64,000 nucleotides of DNA from Halomonas sp. (GTDB lineage Bacteria; Pseudomonadota; Gammaproteobacteria; Pseudomonadales; Halomonadaceae), in NCBI RefSeq assembly GCF_033549285.1, contig NZ_JAWSUJ010000011.1, forward strand, positions 1,757 through 65,756. The letters run 5' to 3'. Shown piece after piece: positions 12,712 through 32,172 of the stretch. Numbering within the stretch: position 1 is the first letter of the stretch; every line of letters begins with the position of its first letter. The translations under genes and the position numbers were made by a program. A model generated the notes under the pieces. That model saw only the letters and a program-made list of their open reading frames with translations. It searched no databases and was not told where the DNA came from.

Positions 12712-13863
12712 ATGTCCAAGCGTGACTACTACGAAGTACTGGGCGTCGAGCGCGGTGCCGACCAGAAGGACATCAAGAAGGCCTACCGACGCCTCGCCCA
12801 GAAATTCCACCCGGACCGCAATCCGGAGGATGACACTGCGGCGGAGAAGTTCCGCGAGGTCTCGGAGGCCTACGAGGTCCTGAGCGACAGCGAGAAGCGC
12901 GCCGCCTATGACCAGTTCGGCCATGCCGGCGTCGACGAGCAGGCCGGTGGCTTCGGCGGAGGCGGCTTCGGCGGTGCCGGGGCCGGCGGCTTCAGCGACA
13001 TCTTCGGCGACGTGTTCGGCGACATCTTCGGCGGGGGCGGCGGGCGCCGCCACCCCAATGCGCCGCAGCGCGGCAGCGACCTTCGCTACAACCTCGAGCT
13101 AGACCTCGAGGACGCTGTGGCCGGCACCAGTGTGGACATCCGCGTGCCGCGCCACATCGAGTGCGAGCGCTGCGACGGCGGCGGTGCCGAGCCGGGCTCC
13201 AGCAAGGAGACCTGCCCGACCTGTAACGGCATGGGCCAGGTACGCATGCAGCAGGGCTTCTTCGCCGTGCAGCAGACCTGCCCGACCTGCCACGGCAGCG
13301 GCCAGCACATCAAGGTGCCGTGCCACAAGTGCCACGGCGAGGGCCGGGTGCGCGAGACCCGCACCCTCTCGGTGAAGATCCCGGCCGGCGTGGATACCGG
13401 CGACCGCATCCGCCTCAACGGCGAGGGCGAGGCCGGCATCAACGGGGGCCCGCCCGGGGACCTCTACGTCCAGGTGGCGATCAAGCCGCACCACATCTTC
13501 GAGCGCGACGGCCGCCACCTGCAGTGCGAGGTGCCGATCAACTTCGTCGACGCCGCACTCGGCGGCGAGCTTGAGGTGCCGACCCTGGACGGCCGGGTCA
13601 AGCTGAAGATCCCGCCCGAGACCCAGACCGGCAAGCTCTTCCGCCTGCGCGGCAAGGGTGTCAAGCCGGTGCGTGGCGGCCCGCCGGGCGACCTGCTGTG
13701 CAAGGTCGTGGTCGAGACCCCGGTCAAGCTCAACGAGGAGCAGAAGGAGCTGCTGCGCAAGTTCCAGGACAGCCTGGGCGGCAGCAACGGCCATCACCAC
13801 TCGCCGAAGAAGTCGAGCTTCTTCGACGGGGTGAAGAAGTTCTTCGAGGACATGAAGCCGTAA
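12712..13863 (+). CDS. dnaJ: molecular chaperone DnaJ (Hsp40)
   Basis: ORF 12712..13863 has a J-domain ([38 protein letters not shown]), a G/F region and four CxxCxGxG zinc motifs. Confidence 0.97.
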   Translation: MSKRDYYEVLGVERGADQKDIKKAYRRLAQKFHPDRNPEDDTAAEKFREVSEAYEVLSDSEKRAAYDQFGHAGVDEQAGGFGGGGFGGAGAGGFSDIFGDVFGDIFGGGGGRRHPNAPQRGSDLRYNLELDLEDAVAGTSVDIRVPRHIECERCDGGGAEPGSSKETCPTCNGMGQVRMQQGFFAVQQTCPTCHGSGQHIKVPCHKCHGEGRVRETRTLSVKIPAGVDTGDRIRLNGEGEAGINGGPPGDLYVQVAIKPHHIFERDGRHLQCEVPINFVDAALGGELEVPTLDGRVKLKIPPETQTGKLFRLRGKGVKPVRGGPPGDLLCKVVVETPVKLNEEQKELLRKFQDSLGGSNGHHHSPKKSSFFDGVKKFFEDMKP

Positions 13864-13919
13864 GGCCGAGTCCGCTCGGCCACTACAGGGCCCCGGCATC
13901 GCATGATGCCGGGGCCCTG
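13864..13919. terminator. two hairpins between convergent dnaJ and the HNH gene
   Basis: GGCCGAG-tccg-CTCGGCC (13864-13881) and CAGGGCCCCGGCATC-gcat-GATGCCGGGGCCCTG (13886-13919). Confidence 0.6.
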
Positions 13920-13939
13920 TCGCGTCTGGGCCATGCCGG

Positions 13940-14884
13940 TCAGCGCTGCAGGTGGTCCATCCGCCATGCCAGCGCCTCGGGCGTCGGCTGCCATCGCGGG
14001 TTCCTGGGTAGCACCAGTGGCTTGCCGTCGAGGCGGCAGAGCCAGTCGTTGTCGGGCACCAGAGCGTCGACTGCCTGGCTGACATGCCAGCGATGATCGG
14101 GGCCCGGGGCGATCAGGTGGTTGTCCATCGCCCAATGCAGGTTGGGCGTAAGTGCCAGGCCGTTCGTCGGTCGATCATCCTGGCAGACGGCGAAGGGGAT
14201 CAGGTGGGCCGCCTCCACCAGGTAGCGGTAGTCCGGGGTGATATAGCGCAGCCGGCTGGCTGCACAGCGATAGTCGTAGGCATCCAGCACCAGGGTCCGA
14301 AAGGCGGCGGAGCGGGCGTACTGCTGCCGTGATTCCTGGATGCTGCCCTTCAGCTTCTCGGGATGCTTCTCGTATTCGCTGCTGGCCAGCGCGCGATCGA
14401 GATATTCCGTCAGGCGTTCCAGGGCCAGGGGATCGTCGGAGAGGTAGTGCTGGGTCAGGAGCGTGCAGGCCTGGCGAGCAAGGTGGGTATCCTGAAGGGC
14501 GGCGAACAGCTCCGTATCGAGGCGGGCCGAGGCAAAGCGCGCCAGCAGGTTATCCAGTGACTTCGGTTGGCCGAGCTTGTCCGAGAGGGAAGCCAGGTCG
14601 GGCGCGTAGTCCGGTGACCAGAGTGGCCCGGCGGGACCCTGGTCATTGCGCAGGTGCCAGAGGGGGAGCTGAGGATTCGCGGCGTGTCTGTTCCCCGTGG
14701 CGGCCTCATAGAGGTCGTGGTAGCGGGCAAGCAGTCGCTTATCGATGACCACCTCGGGCGAGCCGAAATGCCCCGACTGGATCTCGCAGATGAGGGCCAG
14801 CAGCAGGCACGGCTTGTTGGGCGCCGGACCAGCCTTGCGTTGCCCCACTCTGAGCCGTGTCAGGTACTCCAGCCGCGTATCCAT
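13940..14884 (-). CDS. HNH endonuclease with an N-terminal DNA-reader-like domain (type IV restriction-like)
   Basis: Part of ORF 13940..14935, trimmed to the ATG at 14884. The C-terminus YDYRCAASRL...VEAAHLIPF...NGLALTPNLHWAMDNHLI is an HNH_2-type motif. The N-terminus has APNKPCLLLALI and PLWHLRNDQ...LW, motifs I associate with the reader domain fused to HNH in ScoMcrA-like enzymes. Confidence 0.75.
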   Translation of the reverse strand: MDTRLEYLTRLRVGQRKAGPAPNKPCLLLALICEIQSGHFGSPEVVIDKRLLARYHDLYEAATGNRHAANPQLPLWHLRNDQGPAGPLWSPDYAPDLASLSDKLGQPKSLDNLLARFASARLDTELFAALQDTHLARQACTLLTQHYLSDDPLALERLTEYLDRALASSEYEKHPEKLKGSIQESRQQYARSAAFRTLVLDAYDYRCAASRLRYITPDYRYLVEAAHLIPFAVCQDDRPTNGLALTPNLHWAMDNHLIAPGPDHRWHVSQAVDALVPDNDWLCRLDGKPLVLPRNPRWQPTPEALAWRMDHLQR

Positions 14885-15011
14885 TGCACTCCCTACTTGC
14901 GATTCCTGTCCCCGCTGCCCAGCGGCGTGATCCACTCTGTCATGCCTTGCTCCTCAGGCATGAGGCTACCCTATATCACTCATGTGCTGGTGTGCACTCC
15001 GATGGCCCAGG

Positions 15012-15977
15012 CTACAGCCAGCCGGCGCGGTGGAAGCGCCAGTAGAGCATGCCGCAGGCACTGCCCATCACCAGCAGCGCCAGGGGGTAGCCCAGGCGCC
15101 AGTCGAGCTCCGGCATGTGGGCGAAGTTCATGCCCCAGATACCGGCGAGGATGGTGGCCACCGCGAAGATGGCGGCCCAGGCCGCCAGCCGCTTGTGCAC
15201 CTCGCCCTCGTCGATCGCCACCATCGAGAGGTTCACCTGGATCGCGGTGATGGTCATCTCGCGGATGGTATCCACCGCCGACTCGATGCGATTCAGGTGG
15301 TCGTACACGTCGCGGAAGTATTCCCGGGTCTTGCGGCACAGCGCCGGTACCCGGCCGCCGAACAGGTGGCTCGCCGCCTCGCCCAGGGGCATGGCGGCAT
15401 GCTTGAGCCGCATGGTCTGGCGCTTGAGCTGGTAGAGGCGCTCCAGGCTGCGGCGGGCCGACCCGCGGATGAAGATCTGGTCCTCGATGCTCTCGAGCTC
15501 GGCCTGCAGGGCCTCGACCACCGGGAAGTAGCGGTCGACGATGGTGTCCATCAGGGCATAGATCACGAAGGCGGGGCCGTGCCTGAGCAGCTTCGGCTCG
15601 TGCTCGCAGCGCTGGCGGACCTCGGTGAAGCCCCGGCCCGGGTGCAGGCGCACCGAGAGCACGTACCCCGGGCCGGCGAACACCGCGACCTGGCCGGTCT
15701 CCAGCTGGTCGTCGCGCATCGTGACCATGTGCATGATCACGAACAGCGACTCGCCATACTCCTCGAACTTGGGGCGCTGGTGCCCGTTCAGGGCGTCCTC
15801 CACGGCCAGCTCGTGCAGGCCGAACACCGCCTGGAAGCGGGCCATCTCCTGCTCGTCGGGCTCGTGCAGTGCCACCCACACGAAACGGTCAGGTTGCCCC
15901 AGGTAGCCGTCGATCTCGTCGGGCTTTATATCTTGGAGGCGATGTCCCTTCTCGTAGGCCACGCAGTTGATGATCAT
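15012..15977 (-). CDS. corA: magnesium/cobalt transporter CorA
   Basis: Part of ORF 15012..16142, trimmed to the ATG at 15977 (MIINCVAYEKGHRL...). It has the GMN signature (GIWGMNF) and two C-terminal TM helices. Confidence 0.9.
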   Translation of the reverse strand: MIINCVAYEKGHRLQDIKPDEIDGYLGQPDRFVWVALHEPDEQEMARFQAVFGLHELAVEDALNGHQRPKFEEYGESLFVIMHMVTMRDDQLETGQVAVFAGPGYVLSVRLHPGRGFTEVRQRCEHEPKLLRHGPAFVIYALMDTIVDRYFPVVEALQAELESIEDQIFIRGSARRSLERLYQLKRQTMRLKHAAMPLGEAASHLFGGRVPALCRKTREYFRDVYDHLNRIESAVDTIREMTITAIQVNLSMVAIDEGEVHKRLAAWAAIFAVATILAGIWGMNFAHMPELDWRLGYPLALLVMGSACGMLYWRFHRAGWL

Positions 15978-16160
15978 TGCCGAGTTCTCCCGATCGGTGG
16001 TGGTGTCCTGTGCGACAGCATAGTGCCTGGGGGCGGCCACCTCTCGCGCCCCGGCCAGCGCAGGCGGGATGCCGTGAAAAGGCGCATCGGGAATGGGGGT
16101 GGCGTTCATCGGGGCGCCGTCATAGGCTGGGATTTCACCCAACGAGACGCGGAGGCCGCC

Positions 16161-16435
16161 ATGCCGATTTCACGAGCCGAGATTCCCGCCGAGGATGCCA
16201 AGGGGCTGGTCGAGCGCCTCTGCCGGGAGTGGGCCGATGCGCGGCCGATCGACCGTGAGGAGACCCAGGCGCGGGTCACCTTCGACGAGGGCCTCTGCCT
16301 GCTCCAGGCCGAGCCGGACCGGTTGATCGTGGCCGTCGAGACGCTGGATGACGAGACCCTGGACCGGCTCGAGGGCAAGGTGAACGCCGCGCTCGAGGGT
16401 CTCACGGGCGTGACCCTGGAGATCGTCTGGGAAAA

Positions 16436-16439
<4 letters not shown>
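16161..16439 (+). CDS. DUF2218-like small protein
   Basis: Only the last 92 codons of the antisense-shadow ORF 14982..16439 look real. The ATG at 16161 gives MPISRAEIPAEDAKGLVERLCREWADARPIDREETQARVTFDEG..., whose size and pattern fit the DUF2218 family. Confidence 0.55.
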
Positions 16440-20211
<3,772 letters not shown>

Positions 20212-20248
20212 TCATTGGGGCTTGGCCAAGGCTCGAGGCTGTTCCGGC

Positions 20249-20347
20249 GACAGGCCTTCGAGGGGGCGCTGTGAACCCCTCCCTGGGCGCTACCGATGCC
20301 ATCCCTGGCATAGGACCCCCTCTTCGGCCTGTCCCCGGCGCCTCTCG
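20249..20347. repeat. structured intergenic repeat, copy A (REP/MITE-like, about 97 nt)
   Basis: It aligns without gaps to 39449-39547, with 7 mismatches by my count. It has terminal inverted repeats GACAGGCC/GGCCTGTC and an internal hairpin ATGCCA-tccc-TGGCAT (20296-20311). Confidence 0.85.
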
Positions 20348-20507
20348 CTGCATGTCATGGCGCATGCCTTCGAGGAGTAACTTCCCGGGGGTAGCCGCCG
20401 GACACCATTTCCTGTAATATCCCCAAAATTTTGGCCGGGCGCGCGGGCATAAAGCCCTCTCGAGCGCTTGTTGCTTCGGCCCAGGCATTCCGAGCGAATG
20501 ACAACAA

Positions 20508-20551
20508 GCGGGATGAAACCGGTCTTACATCGGGTTTCGTCCCGCTTTTTT
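20508..20551 (+). terminator. intrinsic terminator/attenuator in the carA leader
   Basis: GCGGGATGAAACC (20508-20520) pairs with GGTTTCGTCCCGC (20533-20545), followed by TTTTTT (20546-20551). It lies 93 nt upstream of the carA start. Confidence 0.75.
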
Positions 20552-20643
20552 ACGGGCCGGCTACCCGGGGCCCGGCCATGGCCCCGCAGTATTCCTTGAC
20601 GAGCTGTCTCGATAGCTCGCTATACACCTGGGAGGACGTTGCA

Positions 20644-21789
20644 TTGAACAGACCCGCGATACTGGCCCTGGAAGACGGAAGTGTATTCCACGGCACGGCC
20701 ATCGGCGCCGATGGACAGACCAGCGGTGAGGTGGTGTTCAATACGGCCATGACCGGCTACCAGGAAATCCTGACCGACCCCTCCTACACCCGTCAGATCG
20801 TCACCCTCACCTATCCCCATATCGGCAACACCGGTGTCAATGCCGAGGACGTAGAATCCGGCGCCATCGCCGCCGCCGGCCTGGTGATCCGTGACCTCCC
20901 CCTGCTCGCCAGCAGCTTCCGCTGTGAACAGACGCTCTCCGACTACCTCAAGGGCCAGAACGTGCTGGGCATCGCCGACATCGATACCCGCCGCCTGACC
21001 CGCATCCTGCGCGACAAGGGCGCCCAGAACGGGGCGATCCTGGCCGGTGCCGAGGCCGAGGGCGACGATGCCGTGGAGCGGGCCCTGGTCGCGGCCCGCG
21101 CCTTCCCGGGCCTCAAGGGCATGGACCTGGCCAAGGTGGTCTCCTGCCAGAGCCCCTACGAGTGGAACGAGGGCGAGTGGGCCCTAGGCGCGGGCTACTC
21201 TGATGCCACGCAGGGTGAACGCCCCTACCACGTAGTCGCCTACGACTACGGGGTGAAGCGCAATATCCTGCGCATGCTCGCCTCCCGTGGCTGCCGCCTG
21301 ACCGTGGTGCCGGCCCAGACCCCGGCCGCCGAGGTGCTGGCCCTGGCCCCCGATGGCGTCTTCCTGGCCAACGGGCCCGGCGACCCGGAGCCTTGCGATT
21401 ACGCCATCACCGCGATCCAGGAGCTCCTCGAGACCGGGATCCCGGTGTTCGGCATCTGCCTGGGTCACCAGCTGCTGGCGCTGGCCAGCGGTGCCAGGAC
21501 GGTGAAGATGAATCACGGCCACCATGGCGCCAACCACCCGGTGCAGGACCTCGATACCGGCAAGGTGATGATCACCAGCCAGAACCACGGCTTCGCCGCC
21601 GACGAGGCGAGCCTGCCGGCCAACCTGCGGGCCACCCACCGCTCGCTGTTCGACGACACCCTGCAGGGCGTCGAGCGCACCGACCGCCCGGCCTTCAGCT
21701 TCCAGGGTCACCCCGAGGCCAGCCCGGGACCGCACGACGTGTCGCCGCTGTTCGACCGCTTCGTCACCATGATGAAGGAACGCCGCTAG
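20644..21789 (+). CDS. carA: carbamoyl-phosphate synthase small (glutaminase) subunit
   Basis: Part of ORF 20431..21789. The conserved sequence starts at [22 protein letters not shown]. An in-frame TTG at 20644 lies 8 nt after GGGAGGA, and E. coli carA also uses UUG. An ATG at 20578 is the alternative start. The GATase motif [10 protein letters not shown] is present. Confidence 0.9.
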   Translation: MNRPAILALEDGSVFHGTAIGADGQTSGEVVFNTAMTGYQEILTDPSYTRQIVTLTYPHIGNTGVNAEDVESGAIAAAGLVIRDLPLLASSFRCEQTLSDYLKGQNVLGIADIDTRRLTRILRDKGAQNGAILAGAEAEGDDAVERALVAARAFPGLKGMDLAKVVSCQSPYEWNEGEWALGAGYSDATQGERPYHVVAYDYGVKRNILRMLASRGCRLTVVPAQTPAAEVLALAPDGVFLANGPGDPEPCDYAITAIQELLETGIPVFGICLGHQLLALASGARTVKMNHGHHGANHPVQDLDTGKVMITSQNHGFAADEASLPANLRATHRSLFDDTLQGVERTDRPAFSFQGHPEASPGPHDVSPLFDRFVTMMKERR

Positions 21790-21842
21790 GCTGCATCGCC
21801 TTCCATCAGACCGTCATTCATCGATTAGCCGCGGGAACCGTC

Positions 21843-25084
<3,242 letters not shown>

Positions 25085-25088
<4 letters not shown>

Positions 25089-25561
25089 ACAAGGTCCCGA
25101 TGACCGTCGCCGGTGAGAAGCGGCTTCGCAAGGAGCTCGAGGAGCTCAAGGGCGAGGCGCGGCCGAGGGTGATTGCCGCCATCGCCGAGGCTCGCGAGCA
25201 CGGCGACCTGAAGGAGAACGCCGAGTACCATGCGGCCCGCGAGCAGCAGGGGTTCATCGAGGGGCGCATCCAGGAGATCGAGGGCAAGCTCTCCAACGCC
25301 CAGGTGATCGACGTCACCAAGCTGCCCCAGACCGGCAAGGTGATCTTCGGCGTGACGGTGGGGCTGATCAACCTGGAGACCGACGAGGAGGTGACCTACC
25401 GCATCGTCGGCGAGGACGAGGCCGACATCAAGGCCGGCCGCATCTCGGTGACCTCGCCCATCGCCCGTGCCCTGATCGGCAAGGAGGAGGGCGACGTGGT
25501 GGTGGTGCGCACCCCTGGTGGCGAGGTCGAGTACGAGATCTCCAGCGTGGAGCACCTGTAG
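25085..25561 (+). CDS. greA: transcription elongation factor GreA
   Basis: Part of ORF 25013..25561, with the ATG at 25085 overlapping the carB stop (ATGA). The sequence is [22 protein letters not shown]...[19 protein letters not shown]. Confidence 0.95.
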
Positions 25562-25604
25562 CCCTCCGGGCAGCGACAAGCTACAAGGATCAAGCTACAA
25601 GAAA

Positions 25605-25636
25605 GCCCCGCAGGCGAATGCCTGCGGGGCTTCTTC
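25605..25636. terminator. bidirectional intrinsic terminator (greA / yhbY)
   Basis: GCCCCGCAGGC-gaat-GCCTGCGGGGC is flanked by A-rich sequence on the 5' side (GAAA) and TTCTTC on the 3' side. Confidence 0.75.
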
Positions 25637-25660
25637 ATCTCTGCAAGCCGGCAAGCTGTG

Positions 25661-25707
25661 CTTGCTCCTTGCTCCTTGCTCCTTGCTCCTTGCTCCTTGC
25701 TCCTTGC
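25661..25707. repeat. heptanucleotide microsatellite (CTTGCTC)x6 plus a partial unit
   Basis: There are six exact tandem copies and a partial CTTGC. It lies between the yhbY stop (25718) and the terminator. On the yhbY strand it reads (GAGCAAG)n, giving AAGGAG every 7 nt. Confidence 0.95.
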
Positions 25708-25717
25708 GCGAAGCGCG

Positions 25718-26044
25718 TCAGCGCCGCCCGTGGTGATTCTCGAAGCGCGTGATGTTGGAGAGCTTCGGGTTGACCCGGGGGTTGTGGCGGTAGAGCAGGG
25801 CCATCTTGCCGATCTTCTGTACCAGCTCGGCGCCGCTCGCCGCGACCAGCTCGTCGAGCATGGCGGCGCGGTCATCGCGGTCTGGCAGGGCGAGCTTGAC
25901 CTTGACCAACTCATGGTCGCCCAGGGCGCGGTCGAGCTCGGCCAGGACGCCCTCGGAGGCCCCGTTCTCGGAGACGGTGACCACGGGGTCGAGGTGGTGG
26001 CCGATGCTGCGGAATGCTTTCTTTTGTGCCTGTGACAAGCTCAT
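25718..26044 (-). CDS. yhbY: ribosome assembly RNA-binding protein YhbY (CRM domain)
   Basis: Part of ORF 25718..26131, trimmed to the ATG at 26044 ([51 protein letters not shown]). It is divergent from rlmE, as in E. coli. Confidence 0.9.
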   Translation of the reverse strand: MSLSQAQKKAFRSIGHHLDPVVTVSENGASEGVLAELDRALGDHELVKVKLALPDRDDRAAMLDELVAASGAELVQKIGKMALLYRHNPRVNPKLSNITRFENHHGRR

Positions 26045-26237
26045 GGTATCTTGCTTCTTCCCGGTTGGCGCGCAGCGCACATGGTACGGTGAAACGCCGC
26101 GTGGCGAAAGCTCGCCAGCGTGTCCCCGCATGTTTCCTTCGGCCGGTTCCGCAGGTCAGCACCCCGTCGCACCTCCACCAGGTCTTACCGGAATTCGCTC
26201 GACTGCCTGTCATTCATGGTCATTCACAGGTGATGCC

Positions 26238-26903
26238 GTGGCACGTTCCAATGCTTCCCGCTCCAAGGGCGCTGCCGGCAAGGCGCCGGCCAGCAAGACC
26301 AGCAAGGGCTGGCTGAAGGAGCACTTCGACGACCGCTTCGTGCAGCAGAGCTGGCAGGACGGCTATCGCAGCCGCGCCAGCTACAAGCTGCTGGCGCTGG
26401 ACGAGAAGGACCGCCTGCTGCGACGCGGGATGACGGTGATCGACCTGGGCGCCGCTCCTGGCGGCTGGAGCCAGGTGGCCGCCGAGAAGGTCGGCTCCGA
26501 GGGGGTGGTGATCGCCTCCGACATCCTCGAGATGGATGCCCTGGCGGATGTCGACTTCATCCAGGGCGACTTCACCGAGGAGAGCGTGCTCGAGGCAATC
26601 CTCGCCGCCCTCGGCAATAGGCCGGTAGACCTTGTGATGTCCGACATGGCCCCCAATATGAGTGGGATGGCGGCCATCGACCAGCCCCAGGCGATGTATC
26701 TCGTCGAGCTGGCGCTGGACCTGGCTCGCCAGACGCTCTCGCCCGGCGGCACCTTCCTGGCCAAGGTGTTCCAGGGCGAGGGGTTCGATGCCTTTCTCAA
26801 GGAGCTGCGGGTCAGCTTCACGCGGGTGGTGACCCGCAAGCCGGAGGCCTCCCGGGCGCGCTCCCGCGAGGTCTACCTGCTGGCGGAAGGGTTTCGCGGC
26901 TGA
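26238..26903 (+). CDS. rlmE: 23S rRNA (uridine2552-2'-O)-methyltransferase RlmE (FtsJ)
   Basis: This is the 3' part of ORF 25806..26903, with an in-frame GTG at 26238. The sequence is ...[29 protein letters not shown]...[15 protein letters not shown]. The start codon is uncertain. Confidence 0.9.
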   Translation: MARSNASRSKGAAGKAPASKTSKGWLKEHFDDRFVQQSWQDGYRSRASYKLLALDEKDRLLRRGMTVIDLGAAPGGWSQVAAEKVGSEGVVIASDILEMDALADVDFIQGDFTEESVLEAILAALGNRPVDLVMSDMAPNMSGMAAIDQPQAMYLVELALDLARQTLSPGGTFLAKVFQGEGFDAFLKELRVSFTRVVTRKPEASRARSREVYLLAEGFRG

Positions 26904-27112
26904 GGCACGCCCTCGACCGTACACGGGGCGCGGCCACGATAGGCCGCGCCTAACGGGCCGATTGCCGGACAGGGCGCCGCGACTGTGTCACAGTGGCGGC
27001 AGTTTCCCGCTCCGGCCGTAGGCTGGCTGAACATGTGCCGCTCATGTAGTGTCGAAGGACCAGGCATTTTCGGCCGACAGATTCTTGCAATGAGGGTAGT
27101 CCCTTGAACGAC

Positions 27113-29068
<1,956 letters not shown>

Positions 29069-29134
29069 GGCCGTTCGCCAAGCAACCACAGGCGCCCTGC
29101 GGGGCGCCTTTGCCGTTCGACCGACAGGAAGACG

Positions 29135-29990
29135 ATGGATACCCGAACACCGACGCATCTGCCGTGTGGCCGGCACCGGCTCGACCTCTCCTTTCCCCGC
29201 ATCATGGGGATCCTCAACGTTACCCCCGACTCCTTCTCCGACGGCGGCCGCCATGCGGTGCCGGATGACGCCCTGCGTCATGCCGAACGGATGCTGGCCG
29301 AGGGGGCCGCGATCATCGACGTGGGCGGCGAGTCCACGCGGCCCGGCGCCGAGCCGGTCTCGATCCAGCAGGAGCTGGACCGGGTGGTGCCGGTGGTGGA
29401 GGCCCTGGTGCGCGAGTTCGATGCCCTGGTCTCGGTGGATACCAGCACCCCCGAGGTGATGCAGGCGACGGCCCAGGCCGGGGCCGGCATGATCAACGAC
29501 GTGCGCAACCTGCGCCGCGAGGGGGCGCTGGCGGCGGCGGTCGCCAGCGGGCTGCCGGTCTGCCTGATGCACATGGTCGGCGAACCCGGCGACATGCAGG
29601 ATGACCCGCGCTACGACGTGCCGGTGGAGGAGGTCGTGGCGACCTTCCTGGCGGAGCGGGTGGCGGCCTGCGAGGCGGCCGGGCTGCGGCGCGAGCGCAT
29701 GCTGCTCGACCCGGGCTTCGGCTTCGCCAAGACGGTGGAGCACAACCTGCGGCTGCTCAAGCACATGGACCGCCTGGAGGCGCTCGGGCTGCCGCTGCTG
29801 GTGGGCATGTCGCGCAAGAGCATGATCGGCAAGGTGCTGGGGCGGCCGGTGGAGGAGCGCCTCTCCGGCGGCCTGGCGCTCTCCGCCCTGGCGGTGGAGC
29901 GCGGCGCCCGCATCCTGCGCGTCCACGACGTGGGGCCCCACGTGGACGCGGTGAACATGACCTGGGCCGTACTCGAGGAAGGCAGCACGC

Positions 29991-29998
<8 letters not shown>
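29135..29998 (+). CDS. folP: dihydropteroate synthase
   Basis: ORF 29135..29998 contains ...[16 protein letters not shown]...[13 protein letters not shown].... Confidence 0.93.
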
Positions 29999-31340
<1,342 letters not shown>

Positions 31341-31418
31341 TCGGGGGCGGTCCGGGCCCGGTTGTCTTGGCTGGGCCCCTCCTATACCATTTCGCACCAC
31401 CTTGAAAGAGGAACCCCC

Positions 31419-32168
31419 ATGCGCATGCCGCTGATCGCCGGTAACTGGAAGATGAACGGCTCCCTGGCCCTGGTCGAGGAGTTCGGCCGGGCCTTCGCCG
31501 ACGTCTCCCTGCCCGTCAACGTCGAGGTGGCGCTGATGGTGCCCTTCCCCTTCCTGGAGGCGGCGGGGCGGACGCTCGGCGAGACGTCGGTGACGGTCGG
31601 CGCCCAGACGCTCAGCGACCATCCCTCGGGGGCCTTCACCGGCGAGGTCAGCGCGGCCATGCTGCGCGAGTGCGGCGCCCGGCTGGTGCTGGTCGGCCAC
31701 TCGGAGCGCCGCACCCTGTTCGGCGAGGATGATGCCGCAGTGCTGGCGCGCGTCCAGGCGGCCCTGGCCGAGGAGCTCACGCCGGTGCTGTGCGTCGGCG
31801 AGACCCTCGAGGAGCGAGAGGCCGAGCGCACCGAGGCAGTGGTGCTGGGCCAGGTCGAGGCGGTGTTCGACGCCCTTGACGAGGCCCAGCGCCCCCGCCT
31901 GGTGGTCGCCTATGAGCCCGTCTGGGCCATCGGCACCGGCCGCACGGCGAGCCCCGAGCAGGCCCAGGCCGTGCACGCGGCCATCCGCGACTGCCTGGCG
32001 CGCTATGACGCCGGCCTGGCCGGCGGCATGCGTCTGCTGTACGGCGGCAGCATGAAGGCGGATAATGCCGCCGAGCTGCTCGCCCAGCCCGATATCGACG
32101 GCGGCCTGGTGGGCGGTGCCTCGCTCAAGGTCGACGATTTCCTAGCCATTTGTCAGTCAGCAGGTTGA
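31419..32168 (+). CDS. tpiA: triose-phosphate isomerase
   Basis: Part of ORF 31362..32168, with the ATG at 31419 (MRMPLIAGNWKMNGS...VGHSERR...YEPVWAIGTG). Confidence 0.95.
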   Translation: MRMPLIAGNWKMNGSLALVEEFGRAFADVSLPVNVEVALMVPFPFLEAAGRTLGETSVTVGAQTLSDHPSGAFTGEVSAAMLRECGARLVLVGHSERRTLFGEDDAAVLARVQAALAEELTPVLCVGETLEEREAERTEAVVLGQVEAVFDALDEAQRPRLVVAYEPVWAIGTGRTASPEQAQAVHAAIRDCLARYDAGLAGGMRLLYGGSMKADNAAELLAQPDIDGGLVGGASLKVDDFLAICQSAG

Positions 32169-32172
32169 ATCC

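Noticed and set aside
15012-15977. CorA next to a restriction-like nuclease, considered as a possible CorA-type membrane effector of a defence system.
   Set aside because: The protein has canonical length and the GMN motif of Mg2+/Co2+ CorA transporters. No cyclase, CRISPR or signalling genes are nearby.
20431-20643. The N-terminal 71-codon extension of the carA ORF ([16 protein letters not shown]...).
   Set aside because: The extension would run through the leader terminator and has no similarity to CarA. Conserved CarA sequence begins at the TTG at 20644, which has a strong Shine-Dalgarno.
26103-26132. A sigma-32-like promoter upstream of rlmE-ftsH (GGCGAAA-N14-CCCCGCATG).
   Set aside because: The -35 is a poor match to CTTGAAA, and I cannot distinguish it from chance in GC-rich DNA, so it is not reported as a feature.
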